Program-made: the position numbers and the translations under genes
Notes under the pieces: model-generated
Told to the model about the DNA's origin: nothing
Database searches by the model: none
Seen by the model: the letters and a program-made list of their open reading frames with translations, nothing else
Assembly: GCA_044239605.1 (NCBI GenBank)
Contig: JBIIBC010000003.1
Span: 50,056 to 114,055 of the forward strand
DNA: 64,000 nt
Reading direction: 5' to 3'
Source: Bacteroidia bacterium
Lineage (GTDB): Bacteria > Bacteroidota > Bacteroidia > UKL13-3
Part shown: one piece after another, positions 18,203 through 29,175 of the stretch
Position numbering within the stretch: position 1 is the first letter of the stretch
Layout of the letters: the number at the start of each line of letters is the position of its first letter

Positions 18203-20260
18203 TTATTGTTCAATATTAATGGTAATTGCGCCATTTTCAAGCACATTATCAGCTAAAATATTTTTTGTTTTTAAAAATTTCGCAATGCTTTGAGATTGAA
18301 GATTATTTAATTTAGAACTAATTATTACAGGTGTATTGACTGCCAGTAAATTGGTATCAATATAAATTTTTTCGGTTAAAATATTGGTGTAATTGGGCAG
18401 TATTTTGTTACCAATATTTATATTAAGCTGATCAATTTTAATTTGTAAATTATTCTTAAAATTAATGGTGTCCACTTTTGTTATACCACTTGCCCAAATA
18501 TGTTGTTGTAAATGAAAATGGAACTTATCCTCATCATTAATTAGTGAAGTGTCGGCTATTAAAGTACTTTTTTGACCATCCACAATTTGCATGGCAAATG
18601 TTTTATTGATATTATAAATGGTAATAAATTTTTGATTTTCAGTTTTGAAATCCTCATATGTATTTACTATCAAAACTAGGATATAAAATATTAATGCATT
18701 TTTGGCTAAATATTGTTTTCGGGTGATAAAATAATTACAAGTATAAGCAACCGCAATAAATATAAGAATGGTCTCTATTTCGGTAATTTGAATACCTGTG
18801 ATATAGGAAAATGGCAGCCTTTCGAGCCAAAGCACAATGACATTAGTAAAATAAATAAGCCATTTTACCATAAATCCTAAACCAATTGCTAAGTAAGTAA
18901 ATAAAGGAATAAGTTGTGCTAAACCTGCTGCAAATATCATAGCAATTGCTACAAAAATAATTCCGGTTGTTAAAGGAATAATAAGCAAATTACTTGCTAA
19001 AAAGTAAACCGGAAACTGATGGAAATATAACAATCCTAGAGGGAAAGTAGCTAATTGCGCAGCAATTGAAACTGAAATAATATTCCAAATTTCATTGCTT
19101 ATCCAATATTTAAAAGTGAACCATTGTTTAAAATATTTTTGCATGCTTACAATTCCAAAAACTGCTAAAAAACTCAACTGAAAACCTACACTAGCTAACA
19201 TATTACTATCGAATAACAGTAATGAAAATGCCGATGCCGCTAGTGTATTATAAACGTTTGGTTTGTTTTTTACCATATTGCCAAGGGCAACAAAACTAAA
19301 CATAACACTAGCCCTCAAAATAGAAGGGGAGAGTCCACATAGTAAAGAATATGACCAAATAATTGATAATGAAATTATGGCTTTTACAATACGTTGGTAT
19401 TTTTTCTTATCAAAATATTTGAGTACCAAATTGATTAACCAAAATATCAATCCAACATGCATTCCGCTAACTGCTAATACATGCAATGTTCCTGTGTTGG
19501 AGTATGCCTTAACTATATCAGAGTCAATATCATCGTCATAACCATACAGTAGTGCTTTAGATATGGCAATTTCAGAATTACTTTTAACATAAGTTAGCAG
19601 TGTTTTGTTAAAAAATGCTTGTGCTTGATAAGCAATTTTCCACAAAATATTTCCTCCAAGTTGATCAATTACAATAAAGTTATTTTTTAATATAAAAGCT
19701 TGCTGATAAATTTGGTTGAAAGCTAAATAACGCTTGTAATTAAATTCAAAAGGATTTTGCGGTCCTTTAATTTCTTGGCTTGTATTTTTTATTAATAATC
19801 TTGTTCCATAACTCAATTGAGGTAATAATGAAGAGTCTTTTTCAAAATACAAAATGATATTTCCGTCAACTGCTTGATTGTATCCTTTACTAATTACTTG
19901 TAAAACTTTAGCTCTGCACTTAATTGAATTCTTACGAATTTGCCCAGGTTCATTTATATCTAAAAGTAAATACTCCCCATTAGTTTTTGTAAAATGAGTT
20001 TGATAATTTAAATGATTGTGACTGGTGTGAATGGCTGCACCAACAGTGTATAAGAATAAATTTAAAAAAACACCAAATGATAGATTGTAAAACTTATAAC
20101 TATAGAATTTCCAAACTATTAAAAGTAATAGTAACGATATGGAAAATATACCAATACAAGCGGGAATTGGTATTGGAAAAAACATGTTGATTCCTATTCC
20201 AATACTCATAGGAATCACTATTCTTACAAATGGTATTTGATGCCAGTAGCCAGCTAACAT
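18203..20260 (-). CDS. comEC: ComEC/Rec2 family competence protein (DNA internalisation channel)
   Basis: 685 aa polytopic membrane protein with a ComEC-type N-terminal region and the competence domain. No C-terminal metallo-beta-lactamase domain. Confidence 0.65.
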   Translation of the reverse strand: MLAGYWHQIPFVRIVIPMSIGIGINMFFPIPIPACIGIFSISLLLLLIVWKFYSYKFYNLSFGVFLNLFLYTVGAAIHTSHNHLNYQTHFTKTNGEYLLLDINEPGQIRKNSIKCRAKVLQVISKGYNQAVDGNIILYFEKDSSLLPQLSYGTRLLIKNTSQEIKGPQNPFEFNYKRYLAFNQIYQQAFILKNNFIVIDQLGGNILWKIAYQAQAFFNKTLLTYVKSNSEIAISKALLYGYDDDIDSDIVKAYSNTGTLHVLAVSGMHVGLIFWLINLVLKYFDKKKYQRIVKAIISLSIIWSYSLLCGLSPSILRASVMFSFVALGNMVKNKPNVYNTLAASAFSLLLFDSNMLASVGFQLSFLAVFGIVSMQKYFKQWFTFKYWISNEIWNIISVSIAAQLATFPLGLLYFHQFPVYFLASNLLIIPLTTGIIFVAIAMIFAAGLAQLIPLFTYLAIGLGFMVKWLIYFTNVIVLWLERLPFSYITGIQITEIETILIFIAVAYTCNYFITRKQYLAKNALIFYILVLIVNTYEDFKTENQKFITIYNINKTFAMQIVDGQKSTLIADTSLINDEDKFHFHLQQHIWASGITKVDTINFKNNLQIKIDQLNINIGNKILPNYTNILTEKIYIDTNLLAVNTPVIISSKLNNLQSQSIAKFLKTKNILADNVLENGAITINIEQ

Positions 20261-20389
20261 TTAAAACAAATAAATACAACTTAGTACAAATAAATACAAA
20301 AAAACTCAATGGTTAATAAAAGTGTTTATTAATCTTTAAAATTTAATTGCAAGCATTATTATGTTTGTATACTAATTAAATAAAAAAAT

Positions 20390-20848
20390 ATGACATACAA
20401 TTACTTATTAATGGTTCACAGTTGGTTGCGTTGGGCATTTTTAATTGCAGCACTTTTTGCAATAATTCGTTCATTAAATGGCAAGTTTGGCAATAAACCT
20501 TTTGGGAAAGAAGATAATACAGCAGCTACCATTTTAATAGCTTTAACACACACAATGTTATTATTGGGGATAATACTTTGGTTTGTGAGTCCTAATGTGC
20601 AAAATGCATTGGCACAAGGTGCTGGTGTGTTTATGAAAGATAAATATATGCGATTAATAGTATTAGAACATCCTTTAACCAATATTATTGCTGTAGCATT
20701 AATTCAAATTGGTAGAATAAAAAGCAAGAAAGCATACGAAGATGCTGTTAAACATAACCGCAGTTTAATGTATTACGGCTTAGGATTATTATTGATATTG
20801 TCACGTATTCCTTGGGGCACATCGCCACTGTTTAGAGGAATGGAATAA
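20390..20848 (+). CDS. hypothetical integral membrane protein
   Basis: 152 aa with four predicted TM helices. No assignable family. Confidence 0.4.
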   Translation: MTYNYLLMVHSWLRWAFLIAALFAIIRSLNGKFGNKPFGKEDNTAATILIALTHTMLLLGIILWFVSPNVQNALAQGAGVFMKDKYMRLIVLEHPLTNIIAVALIQIGRIKSKKAYEDAVKHNRSLMYYGLGLLLILSRIPWGTSPLFRGME

Positions 20849-20871
20849 TTTTGAGAAATAAAAAAAATAAA

Positions 20872-20908
20872 AAGAGCCATTATTGAAAAACAATAATGGC
20901 TCTTTTTA
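20872..20908. terminator. bidirectional intrinsic terminator between convergent genes
   Basis: Perfect 13-bp stem AGAGCCATTATTG/CAATAATGGCTCT with a 5-nt loop, flanked by A-runs on one side and T-runs on the other. Confidence 0.75.
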
Positions 20909-20919
20909 TTTGTGTCGGA

Positions 20920-22197
20920 TTAAATAGAATTTACTTTTCGTTTACTAAAATAGTAAAACATAATAATGCCAACCAATATCATTGATGTAGAAATAAGTTC
21001 GGCCTGAGTTGGGTGAAAACCAAAAATGTTATAAGTAGTATTAACCCTTATTTTTTCAATAATAAAACGCTCAATGCCGTTTATTATCATGTAAAAACTA
21101 ATTAAGGTTCCTGGTTTAGTAAACTTAGCTCTAAATTTCCAAAGTCCAGCAAACATTAAAATGCAAACTATGGCTTCGTATAAAGCAGTTGGAAAAACTG
21201 GGTTTGGAAGCATATAGCAATGAGTTCCTGAACAATTAGTCATTTGAACACCTGCTTTTATTACGTTATTGTGGTAATTAAAACCCCAAAACCAATCGGG
21301 TAAAAAGCTAAATCCTTCAAAATAAATGGCTCTTACATTTTGAATTCCACCAAATTCGTGAGCATAATAATCGCTGTAAAGCGGTAAAACACTCGATTCG
21401 AAATAACCTGGAGCTGCTTTAAACATTTCACCAGCTGCATTTAAATGGTATGCTGAGTTGATAACACCCCAATCGCCATCGCCACTTAAATGACAGCCAA
21501 TGCGTCCAATACCATATGCTAACATCAATCCTGGTGCAATAGCATCCGAAAGGTGTATAGGGTCAATTTGATTTTTGCGCGCATAGAAAATTACACTAGC
21601 TGCAGCTACAATTAAACCACCATAAAAAGTTAATCCACTAAACGATATAAGAGAATTAATGGGGTCAGCAATTAGCTCATCAATATTTTCTAAATTATGA
21701 AAAATCTTAGCACCCAAAATACCTGAAATAGCTGCAATAAATAAAATATTCCACATGTGGTTATGCGGGAACATTTCTCTTTCAATTTCTTTTGGTTCTA
21801 AATCACCTAATTTCTTATTAGCAGCGTAAATGGTATAATATCCATAAGCTCCACCTATAATTAAGCCTACAAAACTGCCTTGCATTGATAAAATAAAATC
21901 TTGCGGGTTTTGAACCAAAGAGTCGTAATTGGTTAAAGCTTCAAAAAACTTAAAACCAATAAATGACCAAGAGAGAATGGCAAAAAAAGTTTCTGTTGAA
22001 CTGGCTTTTTTATTAATCCAAACTTTAGTTTTTATTGGTTTTAATAAACCTAAACTTTCTCTTCTTTTTAACTCGTTAACAGCAGTTATAAAAGCGCCTG
22101 CAAACGATAATCCAAGCATTAAACCAAAGGTTTGAATGGGCAATGGAATGTTTAAACCAAAAAGGTCTCTTAATAAATCACTTAACGATGCGTACAT
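20920..22197 (-). CDS. lgt: prolipoprotein diacylglyceryl transferase (long Bacteroidota form)
   Basis: 425 aa membrane protein. GIGRIGCHLSGDGDWG matches the Lgt signature GRxGNFxNGELWG. Confidence 0.6.
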   Translation of the reverse strand: MYASLSDLLRDLFGLNIPLPIQTFGLMLGLSFAGAFITAVNELKRRESLGLLKPIKTKVWINKKASSTETFFAILSWSFIGFKFFEALTNYDSLVQNPQDFILSMQGSFVGLIIGGAYGYYTIYAANKKLGDLEPKEIEREMFPHNHMWNILFIAAISGILGAKIFHNLENIDELIADPINSLISFSGLTFYGGLIVAAASVIFYARKNQIDPIHLSDAIAPGLMLAYGIGRIGCHLSGDGDWGVINSAYHLNAAGEMFKAAPGYFESSVLPLYSDYYAHEFGGIQNVRAIYFEGFSFLPDWFWGFNYHNNVIKAGVQMTNCSGTHCYMLPNPVFPTALYEAIVCILMFAGLWKFRAKFTKPGTLISFYMIINGIERFIIEKIRVNTTYNIFGFHPTQAELISTSMILVGIIMFYYFSKRKVNSI

Positions 22198-22219
22198 GAA
22201 GGCTTAGGTTTTTTAGAAA

Positions 22220-23110
22220 TTATATTGTTTTAAGTGTTAAATAACCAATTAGTTTATAAACCAATTTAGCCATTGTGTATTCAGTTAAAATATTGCCTTT
22301 TACTGGGGCAATTTCAACAACATCAAAACCAACAATATTTTTTGAAGCAATTACTTTTTTCAAAAATTGGATGGTTTCGTTCCATTGCATTCCGTTGGGT
22401 TCTGCTGTTCCTACAGCGGGTACTATGCTTGGGTCAAATCCATCCGCATCAATACTAATATAAACATTTTCGCCAAGTGTTGCCAATGCTTCATCTGCCC
22501 AATTGGGGTTATTACGAATTTGGTGCGCATAAAAAGTATGTATGTGGCTTGATTCTTTAATTAGATTAGATTCTTCAATACACTGAGCTCTGATGCCAAT
22601 TTGAGTTAAAGGAACACCTAATTCTTGCACTCGGAACATAACACTTGCATGGCTATAAGGATTATCGTTATAACTTTCACGTAAATCACTGTGAGCATCA
22701 ATTTGTAATACATGTACATTTGGTGTTTTGGCTTTTACTGCTTTTATACAACCTAAGCTAATGGTATGTTCTGCTCCTAAGGTAATCGGGAATTTATTAT
22801 CACTAATTAATTTAGCAGTTTCTTCCTCAATTAATTTCACCGCTTTTGCATCTACTTTACGTTTAAAATCCATTGGGTGTAAAGTACAGATACCTCCTAA
22901 TTTGTAGCTTTCTTGATCTAATTCTTCATCATAAAGCTCTACAAATTGGCTAGCCTTTATAATTGCCTCGGGTCCTTTATCAGAGCCACTCAAATAACTT
23001 GAAGTGTATTCATAAGGAGCTGATTGAATAACATATTTTGAGTTTTTATAGCTAGAAAATTCAGTGTCCTCAATAGCTAAAAAATTTTTTTTATGGTTGT
23101 AAAATTTCAT
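22220..23110 (-). CDS. arginase-family ureohydrolase (agmatinase-like)
   Basis: 296 aa. Metal-binding motifs DAHSDLR, SIDADGFDP and GxxH of the arginase/agmatinase family. Confidence 0.7.
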   Translation of the reverse strand: MKFYNHKKNFLAIEDTEFSSYKNSKYVIQSAPYEYTSSYLSGSDKGPEAIIKASQFVELYDEELDQESYKLGGICTLHPMDFKRKVDAKAVKLIEEETAKLISDNKFPITLGAEHTISLGCIKAVKAKTPNVHVLQIDAHSDLRESYNDNPYSHASVMFRVQELGVPLTQIGIRAQCIEESNLIKESSHIHTFYAHQIRNNPNWADEALATLGENVYISIDADGFDPSIVPAVGTAEPNGMQWNETIQFLKKVIASKNIVGFDVVEIAPVKGNILTEYTMAKLVYKLIGYLTLKTI

Positions 23111-23130
23111 ATGATTATTAAATATTATGG

Positions 23131-23922
23131 TTAAAAAATACTTGCTGGTATTGGGAACTCGTTGTTAATATCGGTCAAAACCAATGGCGATGAAGTTGTA
23201 ATACAAATGGTATGCTCAAATTGGGCAGATAACTTGCCATCAATAGTTCTGGCAGTCCATTTGTCTTTTTTATCAACTTTGGCTCTTGCCTTTCCTGCAT
23301 TGATCATAGGTTCAATGGTAAATGTCATTCCAGGAACCATTTCAGGTCCCAAATCTTCAGTCCTGCAATGACCTACTTCAGGTTCTTCGTGAAATTTAAT
23401 ACCAACACCATGTCCGCAAAATTCGTAAACTACCGAATAGCCAAATGCACTAACATATTTATCAATGGCATTGCCAATAAAGCCAATTCTATTTCCAGCT
23501 TTACATTGGCCAATTCCAATTGCTAAACTTTCTTTGGTTACATCAATTAATTTTTGGGCATACTCGCTAACTTGGCCGACAGTATACATTTTGGAAGTAT
23601 CGCCATAATAACCACTTAAAATAGTAGTAACATCAATGTTTAAAATATCGCCATCTCGCAAAACGTAAGGTCCTGGAATACCATGGCAAATTACATCATT
23701 AACCGAAATGCAAGTTTCTGCAGGATAACCTCTATAGCCCAAAGTAGCTGGAATGGCTTTGTTATCACGCATAAATTGGTTGCAAATATCGTTTAGGTAT
23801 TTGGTTGTTACTCCTGTTTTTACAAATGGAGCCACTGTTTCTAATGTTTTGGCTGCCAATATAGAACTTGCTTTAATTCCTTCTATTTGCTCTGGAGTTT
23901 TAATGATTATTTTCTTCGACAC
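23131..23922 (-). CDS. map: type I methionine aminopeptidase
   Basis: 263 aa pita-bread fold with the conserved metal ligands (D..D, H, E, E) in the expected order. Confidence 0.85.
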   Translation of the reverse strand: MSKKIIIKTPEQIEGIKASSILAAKTLETVAPFVKTGVTTKYLNDICNQFMRDNKAIPATLGYRGYPAETCISVNDVICHGIPGPYVLRDGDILNIDVTTILSGYYGDTSKMYTVGQVSEYAQKLIDVTKESLAIGIGQCKAGNRIGFIGNAIDKYVSAFGYSVVYEFCGHGVGIKFHEEPEVGHCRTEDLGPEMVPGMTFTIEPMINAGKARAKVDKKDKWTARTIDGKLSAQFEHTICITTSSPLVLTDINNEFPIPASIF

Positions 23923-24082
23923 AGTATTAAAATGCTTTCTAATTTTTCGGCTGCAAAGTAAAGTAATTTATAGGCTTATACAATGATAAGTTTAGGTGAA
24001 TTTTAAAAAGGAATTTGCTAGCAAAAAAAATTTAAAGTTTACTATTTTGGGTACTTGTATTGTATGATAAATAAATATTACA

Positions 24083-24748
24083 TTGCGCTTAGTGGATCAA
24101 CAGGTAACACCCAAAGAAAAAATATTAAAAAAAGTACGTCAAGCACTTACTTTTAAAAGCAAAAATCAATTTACAAATATTGATTTAGATAGCAATATTT
24201 ATGCACAACCAAGTAGTGATTTGAGTTTGTTGGAAATTTTTGCACAACAATTTACTGAGGCAAATGGTGAATTTGTTCATTGTAGTAGTCAATTTGATTT
24301 TTTAGATAAACTAATAACACTTTTGGAACAAAGAAAATGGAAACATTTTTTTTGCTGGGAGCACCAATTGCAAGATATGCTAAAAGATACTGGGATAAAT
24401 TTTACTCATAAAAGAGAACAATTAGATAAAGTACAAGCCTCCATCACATCATGCGAAGCATTGATTGCTAGAACTGGCACTGTATTGGTAAGTTCAACGG
24501 CTAATAGTCGTACTTTAACAATTTGGCCTTCTGTGCATATTGTAATTAGCAAGCGTTCACAACTTGTAATGGAAATTAAAGATGGAATGCAATTGGTAAA
24601 AAATCGTTACGGTAAAAATATTCCGTCACTTTTAAGTTTTATTACTGGCCCAAGCCGATCTGCTAATATTGAAAATACCATGGTTGTTGGAGCACACGGC
24701 CCTACTGAGGTTTTTGTATTTATTATTGATGATACCCTAAGAGAATAA
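24083..24748 (+). CDS. LUD-domain protein (LutC/YkgG-like)
   Basis: 221 aa. C-terminal region (LIARTGTVLVSS...MVVGAHGPTEV) is typical of the LUD domain. Confidence 0.5.
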   Translation: MRLVDQQVTPKEKILKKVRQALTFKSKNQFTNIDLDSNIYAQPSSDLSLLEIFAQQFTEANGEFVHCSSQFDFLDKLITLLEQRKWKHFFCWEHQLQDMLKDTGINFTHKREQLDKVQASITSCEALIARTGTVLVSSTANSRTLTIWPSVHIVISKRSQLVMEIKDGMQLVKNRYGKNIPSLLSFITGPSRSANIENTMVVGAHGPTEVFVFIIDDTLRE

Positions 24749-25530
24749 TGGAAGCGCAAAAAAAAACTTACTTTGTTTCCGATTTTCATTTAGGCATTCC
24801 TAGCTTTGAAGAAAGTGTAGTACGCGAAAAGCGTATTGTTTCATTTTTAAATAGCATAAAACCACAATGTAATGAACTTTACATAGTTGGCGATATTTTT
24901 GATTTTTGGTTTGAGTACAAAACTGTGGTTCCTAAAGGCTTTGTTAGGCTTTTAGCAAAATTGGCAGAGTTTGTAGAAGATGGAATTCCTGTTCATGTTT
25001 TTCATGGCAACCACGATTTATGGCAATTTGGATATTTAGAAAAAGAAATTGGCTGTAAAGTGTATGCCAAACCCATTATTAAAAACATTGCTGGTAAAAA
25101 ACTATATATTGGTCATGGCGATGGATTAGGACCTAAACAACAAAAGTTTAAATTTATACTTTCAGTCTATAGAAACTATTTTTTTCAACGCTTATTTGCT
25201 TTTTTTCACCCCAATATTGGCATTGGTTTAGCTAATTATTTTAGCCAAAAAAGTAAAGAAGAAACTTATAGTGATAACCATGCATTTTATGGTGAAAACG
25301 AGTTTTTAATTCAACATGCTCGTAATTTTTTAAAACACGAACATATTGACTATTTTATTTTTGGGCATAGGCATTTACCTATGATTTATAAGTTGAATAA
25401 CCAATCAAATTATATCAACTTAGGAGATTGGATTGATTACAATACTTATTTAGAATTAGATGAAAATGAGGTTTCTATAAAAAGTTATACCGATAGTTCG
25501 GCCAATTATATTTATAATAATGAAAACTAA
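24748..25530 (+). CDS. lpxH: UDP-2,3-diacylglucosamine diphosphatase (calcineurin-like metallophosphoesterase)
   Basis: 260 aa. Motifs YFVSDFHLG, GDIFD, GNHD and GHRH are metallophosphoesterase signatures in LpxH order. Confidence 0.6.
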   Translation: MEAQKKTYFVSDFHLGIPSFEESVVREKRIVSFLNSIKPQCNELYIVGDIFDFWFEYKTVVPKGFVRLLAKLAEFVEDGIPVHVFHGNHDLWQFGYLEKEIGCKVYAKPIIKNIAGKKLYIGHGDGLGPKQQKFKFILSVYRNYFFQRLFAFFHPNIGIGLANYFSQKSKEETYSDNHAFYGENEFLIQHARNFLKHEHIDYFIFGHRHLPMIYKLNNQSNYINLGDWIDYNTYLELDENEVSIKSYTDSSANYIYNNEN

Positions 25531-26350
25531 TTCGTTAAATAATTTGGTTTCGATATCGATAAAAACAATGGTTGTTTTTACCTTGATGTTAGTAGGCAAT
25601 ATAAATGCCCAAACAATTTTAGATAGCACCCAATTAGTAAACGAGTTTGTGGTAAATGCCAAGTACATTCAAGCAGACGAATTAGGTAATTTATATGTAG
25701 TATCTCCTAGCAACCAATTATATAAATATAATACATCGGGTAAGGTTTTAGCTACCTTAAACTACAACTATAATGGAAATATTAGCAGCATTGATGCTAG
25801 TAATCCAATGGAAATTTATGTGTTTTACAAAGAAATAAATCGCGTATTATTTTTAGATAACAACCTTGCTTACCGAGGCGAATTAGATTTAACCAAACAA
25901 AACATTACCCAAGCATCAGCCATTGCGCGCAGTTACGACAATGGAATTTGGATTTTTGATTTAGGCGATTTGCAGCTAAAAAAAATGAGTAAAGATGGAA
26001 CCGTTACACAAAGCAGTGGAAATATTAGACAAATAATTAAAACCGATTTTGTGCCAACTACTTTATTAGAAAATACAAAACAGGTTATGATAGCAAACGA
26101 TAGTACAGCTTTGTTGTTTGATGTTTTTGCTTCTTATGTTAAAACCTATAAATTCAGTAAAACAGCATCGTTTCAACTAAACAGTAATTATGTTCTTCAG
26201 ACATTAGATAAGCAAATAAATGCCGTGGAGTTAAAAATTGGCATTAACCGTCCTGTATTTCAGTTTGTAAACAAAATAAAATGGTCGTATTTGACAAAAG
26301 ACCTTATATATACTTTTCAAGATAACAAGGTAACTATTTATAAAAAGTAG
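25520..26350 (+). CDS. hypothetical secreted protein
   Basis: 276 aa. Signal peptide. No recognisable domain. Confidence 0.4.
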   Translation: MKTNSLNNLVSISIKTMVVFTLMLVGNINAQTILDSTQLVNEFVVNAKYIQADELGNLYVVSPSNQLYKYNTSGKVLATLNYNYNGNISSIDASNPMEIYVFYKEINRVLFLDNNLAYRGELDLTKQNITQASAIARSYDNGIWIFDLGDLQLKKMSKDGTVTQSSGNIRQIIKTDFVPTTLLENTKQVMIANDSTALLFDVFASYVKTYKFSKTASFQLNSNYVLQTLDKQINAVELKIGINRPVFQFVNKIKWSYLTKDLIYTFQDNKVTIYKK

Positions 26351-26418
26351 TTAAGCTAAATACAATTAAAGCCTAAAAATATTTACCTTTGAGCCTCACA
26401 TTAATTTAAAAAATAAGT

Positions 26419-27411
26419 ATGAAAGTTGCTGTAGTAGGTGCCACAGGTTTAGTGGGTTCTGTTATGTTAAAAGTATTAACTGAGAAAAATTTCCCGGTAT
26501 CTGAGTTTATTCCAGTTGCTTCCGATAAATCTGCTGGTAAAAAAATACTTTTTAAGGATAAGGAATACACCTTACATACTATGCAACAAGCAGGAGATTC
26601 CAGACCAGATGTAGCTTTATTTTCAGCTGGAGGAAGTGTTTCGTTAGAATGGGCTCCAAAATTTGCCGAAGTTGGTTGTTTTGTTATTGATAATTCATCG
26701 GCTTGGCGCATGGATGAAACCAAGAAATTAATAGTTCCAGAAGTAAATGCTCATGTATTAACCAGCAACGATAAAATTATAGCCAATCCAAATTGTTCAA
26801 CCATACAAATGGTATTGGTTTTAAATCCATTACATGCCAAATATAAAATTAAACGTGTGGTGGTTTCTACTTACCAATCGGTTACAGGTACAGGCGTAAA
26901 AGCGGTGCAGCAAATGGAAAATGAACGTAATGGTATAGTTGGCGAAATGGCTTATAAATATCAAATTGATAAAAATGCCATACCACAAATAGATGTTTTT
27001 TTAGAAAATGGATACACCAAAGAAGAAATGAAAATGGTGAAAGAAACTAAAAAAATTATGGGCGATGATTCGATTAAAGTTACTGCTACATGCGTGAGAA
27101 TTCCAACTACTGGCGGACACAGCGAAAGCGTAAATATTGAATTTGAAAACGATTTCGATTTACAAGAAGTGCAAGATATTTTAACCAAAACTTCAGGAGT
27201 TGTTTTACAAAATGATATTGCCAATTTTGAATACCCAATGCCCTTATTTGCTGATGGAAAAGATGAAGTTTTTGTAGGCCGAATTAGAAGAGACGAAAGC
27301 CAGCCAAACACTTTAAACTTATGGATTGTAGCTGATAATTTACGCAAAGGAGCTGCAACTAATACCGTTCAAATAGCTGAATATTTAATGGCAAAAGGGT
27401 TTATTAGATAA
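26419..27411 (+). CDS. asd: aspartate-semialdehyde dehydrogenase
   Basis: 330 aa. N-terminal NAD(P)-binding motif VAVVGATGLVGS and the active-site region NPNCSTIQMV. Confidence 0.85.
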   Translation: MKVAVVGATGLVGSVMLKVLTEKNFPVSEFIPVASDKSAGKKILFKDKEYTLHTMQQAGDSRPDVALFSAGGSVSLEWAPKFAEVGCFVIDNSSAWRMDETKKLIVPEVNAHVLTSNDKIIANPNCSTIQMVLVLNPLHAKYKIKRVVVSTYQSVTGTGVKAVQQMENERNGIVGEMAYKYQIDKNAIPQIDVFLENGYTKEEMKMVKETKKIMGDDSIKVTATCVRIPTTGGHSESVNIEFENDFDLQEVQDILTKTSGVVLQNDIANFEYPMPLFADGKDEVFVGRIRRDESQPNTLNLWIVADNLRKGAATNTVQIAEYLMAKGFIR

Positions 27412-27806
27412 GTTATACTTTTTAAGATTAGATATTTTTATTTGTTGCTTTTTATTTAAATAAAAAAGTGCAATAAGTAATCAATCCTATTAAAGTGTTT
27501 AAACCCAAGATTAATTATAAATTAGTCTAAGCTTTTGGTTGCACTATATATAAGGCGGCCTTTTTTGTTTGATAAAACATTTTTTTATTTAAAAAGTTAT
27601 TGAAGGTATGTTACATAAAATTTTAGCATACAAGTATTTATTATACAACAAACGATTTATGACCATGACTACCATAGCCTTTGTTTTGGTGCATATTGTT
27701 ATGTTTGAAGTTAAGCGCAGATATGCTATTGATGTTATAAAAGGAGTTAACCTTCCTTTTGATGATTTATATTTTTATATAAAAAGTAAGCTAGGCTTGT
27801 AGTATT

Positions 27807-29105
27807 TTAATCAATAACTTCCATCAAGGTTTCTAACTTCATTCCTCTGGAGCCCTTCATAAACACATTTGAATCCATTAATTTATTTTCTGATAAATAC
27901 ACTTTACATTCCTCTGTAGTTGTAAAACTCACATAATTGTTTTTGGTGTTTTTAAATAAATCGCCACATAAAAACACATTTGTTAAGTCAAGTGCTTCGC
28001 AAAAATGAACTAAGTTTTGATGCTCTTCTTCAGCATATTTTCCTAATTCAAACATATCACCAAGAATAAGTACTTTATTACCAAAAGGCATAGCTGCAAA
28101 GTTTTTAATTGAAACCTCCATGCTACTTGGATTGGCATTATATGCATCTAAATAAATGGTATTTGATTCTTTTTTTATTACTTCTGAGCGATTATTGCTC
28201 GGTTTGTAGCTCTCAATTCCTTTAGCAATTTGAGAAATGGTTAATCCAAAATACAATCCCATAGCTACCGCTGCTGTTATATTATCAAAATTGTAATCAC
28301 CACTTAAATTGCTATTTATTTCTAATGGTGAAGTATTAATTGTAAAATTGATAGTTGGCTGTAAATGACTAGTGTAACAAGTGTGTGATGCTTCCTTATT
28401 TCTACCTTCAAAATTAGCAGCATAAGTTACTTTATTTTTCAATTGCCTTGCCATGCGCATTAACCATTCATCGTGCATGTTTACAAATGCAATTCCATTA
28501 TTTTTTAGTAAAAAATAATAAAGCTCAGAGTTCGATTTTGCTACACCTTCCATATCGCCAAAACCCTCAAGATGGTCCTTACCATTATTAGTAACAATTC
28601 CATAGTTTGGTTTGGCTATTTGGCATAAAAACTCATTTTCACCAATATGATTAGCGCCCATTTCTATAACTGCTATTTCATGACCGCTAGTTATTTGTAA
28701 AATGGTTAAAGGCAAGCCAATATGGTTGTTAAAATTACCTGGAGTAGCTAAAACTGTAAATTTTTGTTTTAAAACCGATGTGATTAATTCTTTAGTAGTG
28801 GTTTTTCCATTACTACCTACAATGGCTATAACTGGAATTTTTAAAGTGTCTCTATGAAAAGCAGCAAGCTGTTGCAAGGTGGTCAATACATCATTTACCA
28901 AAATATATTGCTCACTAATTTTATATTGTGCTTCATCAATTATGGCATAAGCTGCTCCTTGACCTAATGCTTGGCTAGCAAATTGATTTGCATTAAATTT
29001 TTCTCCCTTCAATGCAAAAAACAAACTATTAGCAGCAATTTTACGCGTGTCGGTACAAACAATAGGATGTTTTAAAAATAATTGATGTAAACTGGCTATA
29101 TCCAT
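27807..29105 (-). CDS. murF: UDP-N-acetylmuramoyl-tripeptide--D-alanyl-D-alanine ligase
   Basis: 432 aa Mur ligase. P-loop IVGSNGKTTTKE and the MurF-type C-terminal domain. Confidence 0.7.
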   Translation of the reverse strand: MDIASLHQLFLKHPIVCTDTRKIAANSLFFALKGEKFNANQFASQALGQGAAYAIIDEAQYKISEQYILVNDVLTTLQQLAAFHRDTLKIPVIAIVGSNGKTTTKELITSVLKQKFTVLATPGNFNNHIGLPLTILQITSGHEIAVIEMGANHIGENEFLCQIAKPNYGIVTNNGKDHLEGFGDMEGVAKSNSELYYFLLKNNGIAFVNMHDEWLMRMARQLKNKVTYAANFEGRNKEASHTCYTSHLQPTINFTINTSPLEINSNLSGDYNFDNITAAVAMGLYFGLTISQIAKGIESYKPSNNRSEVIKKESNTIYLDAYNANPSSMEVSIKNFAAMPFGNKVLILGDMFELGKYAEEEHQNLVHFCEALDLTNVFLCGDLFKNTKNNYVSFTTTEECKVYLSENKLMDSNVFMKGSRGMKLETLMEVID

Positions 29106-29175
29106 TTTAATAAAAAATTATGAAACTACTTCAAACTTTAATTTATAAATTTGAATCAACAAATAACCATAATTT

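Noticed and set aside
27608-27802. The 64-aa ORF between asd and murF.
   Set aside because: It lies in an AT-rich intergenic region, its translation is low-complexity and hydrophobic, and nothing supports it.
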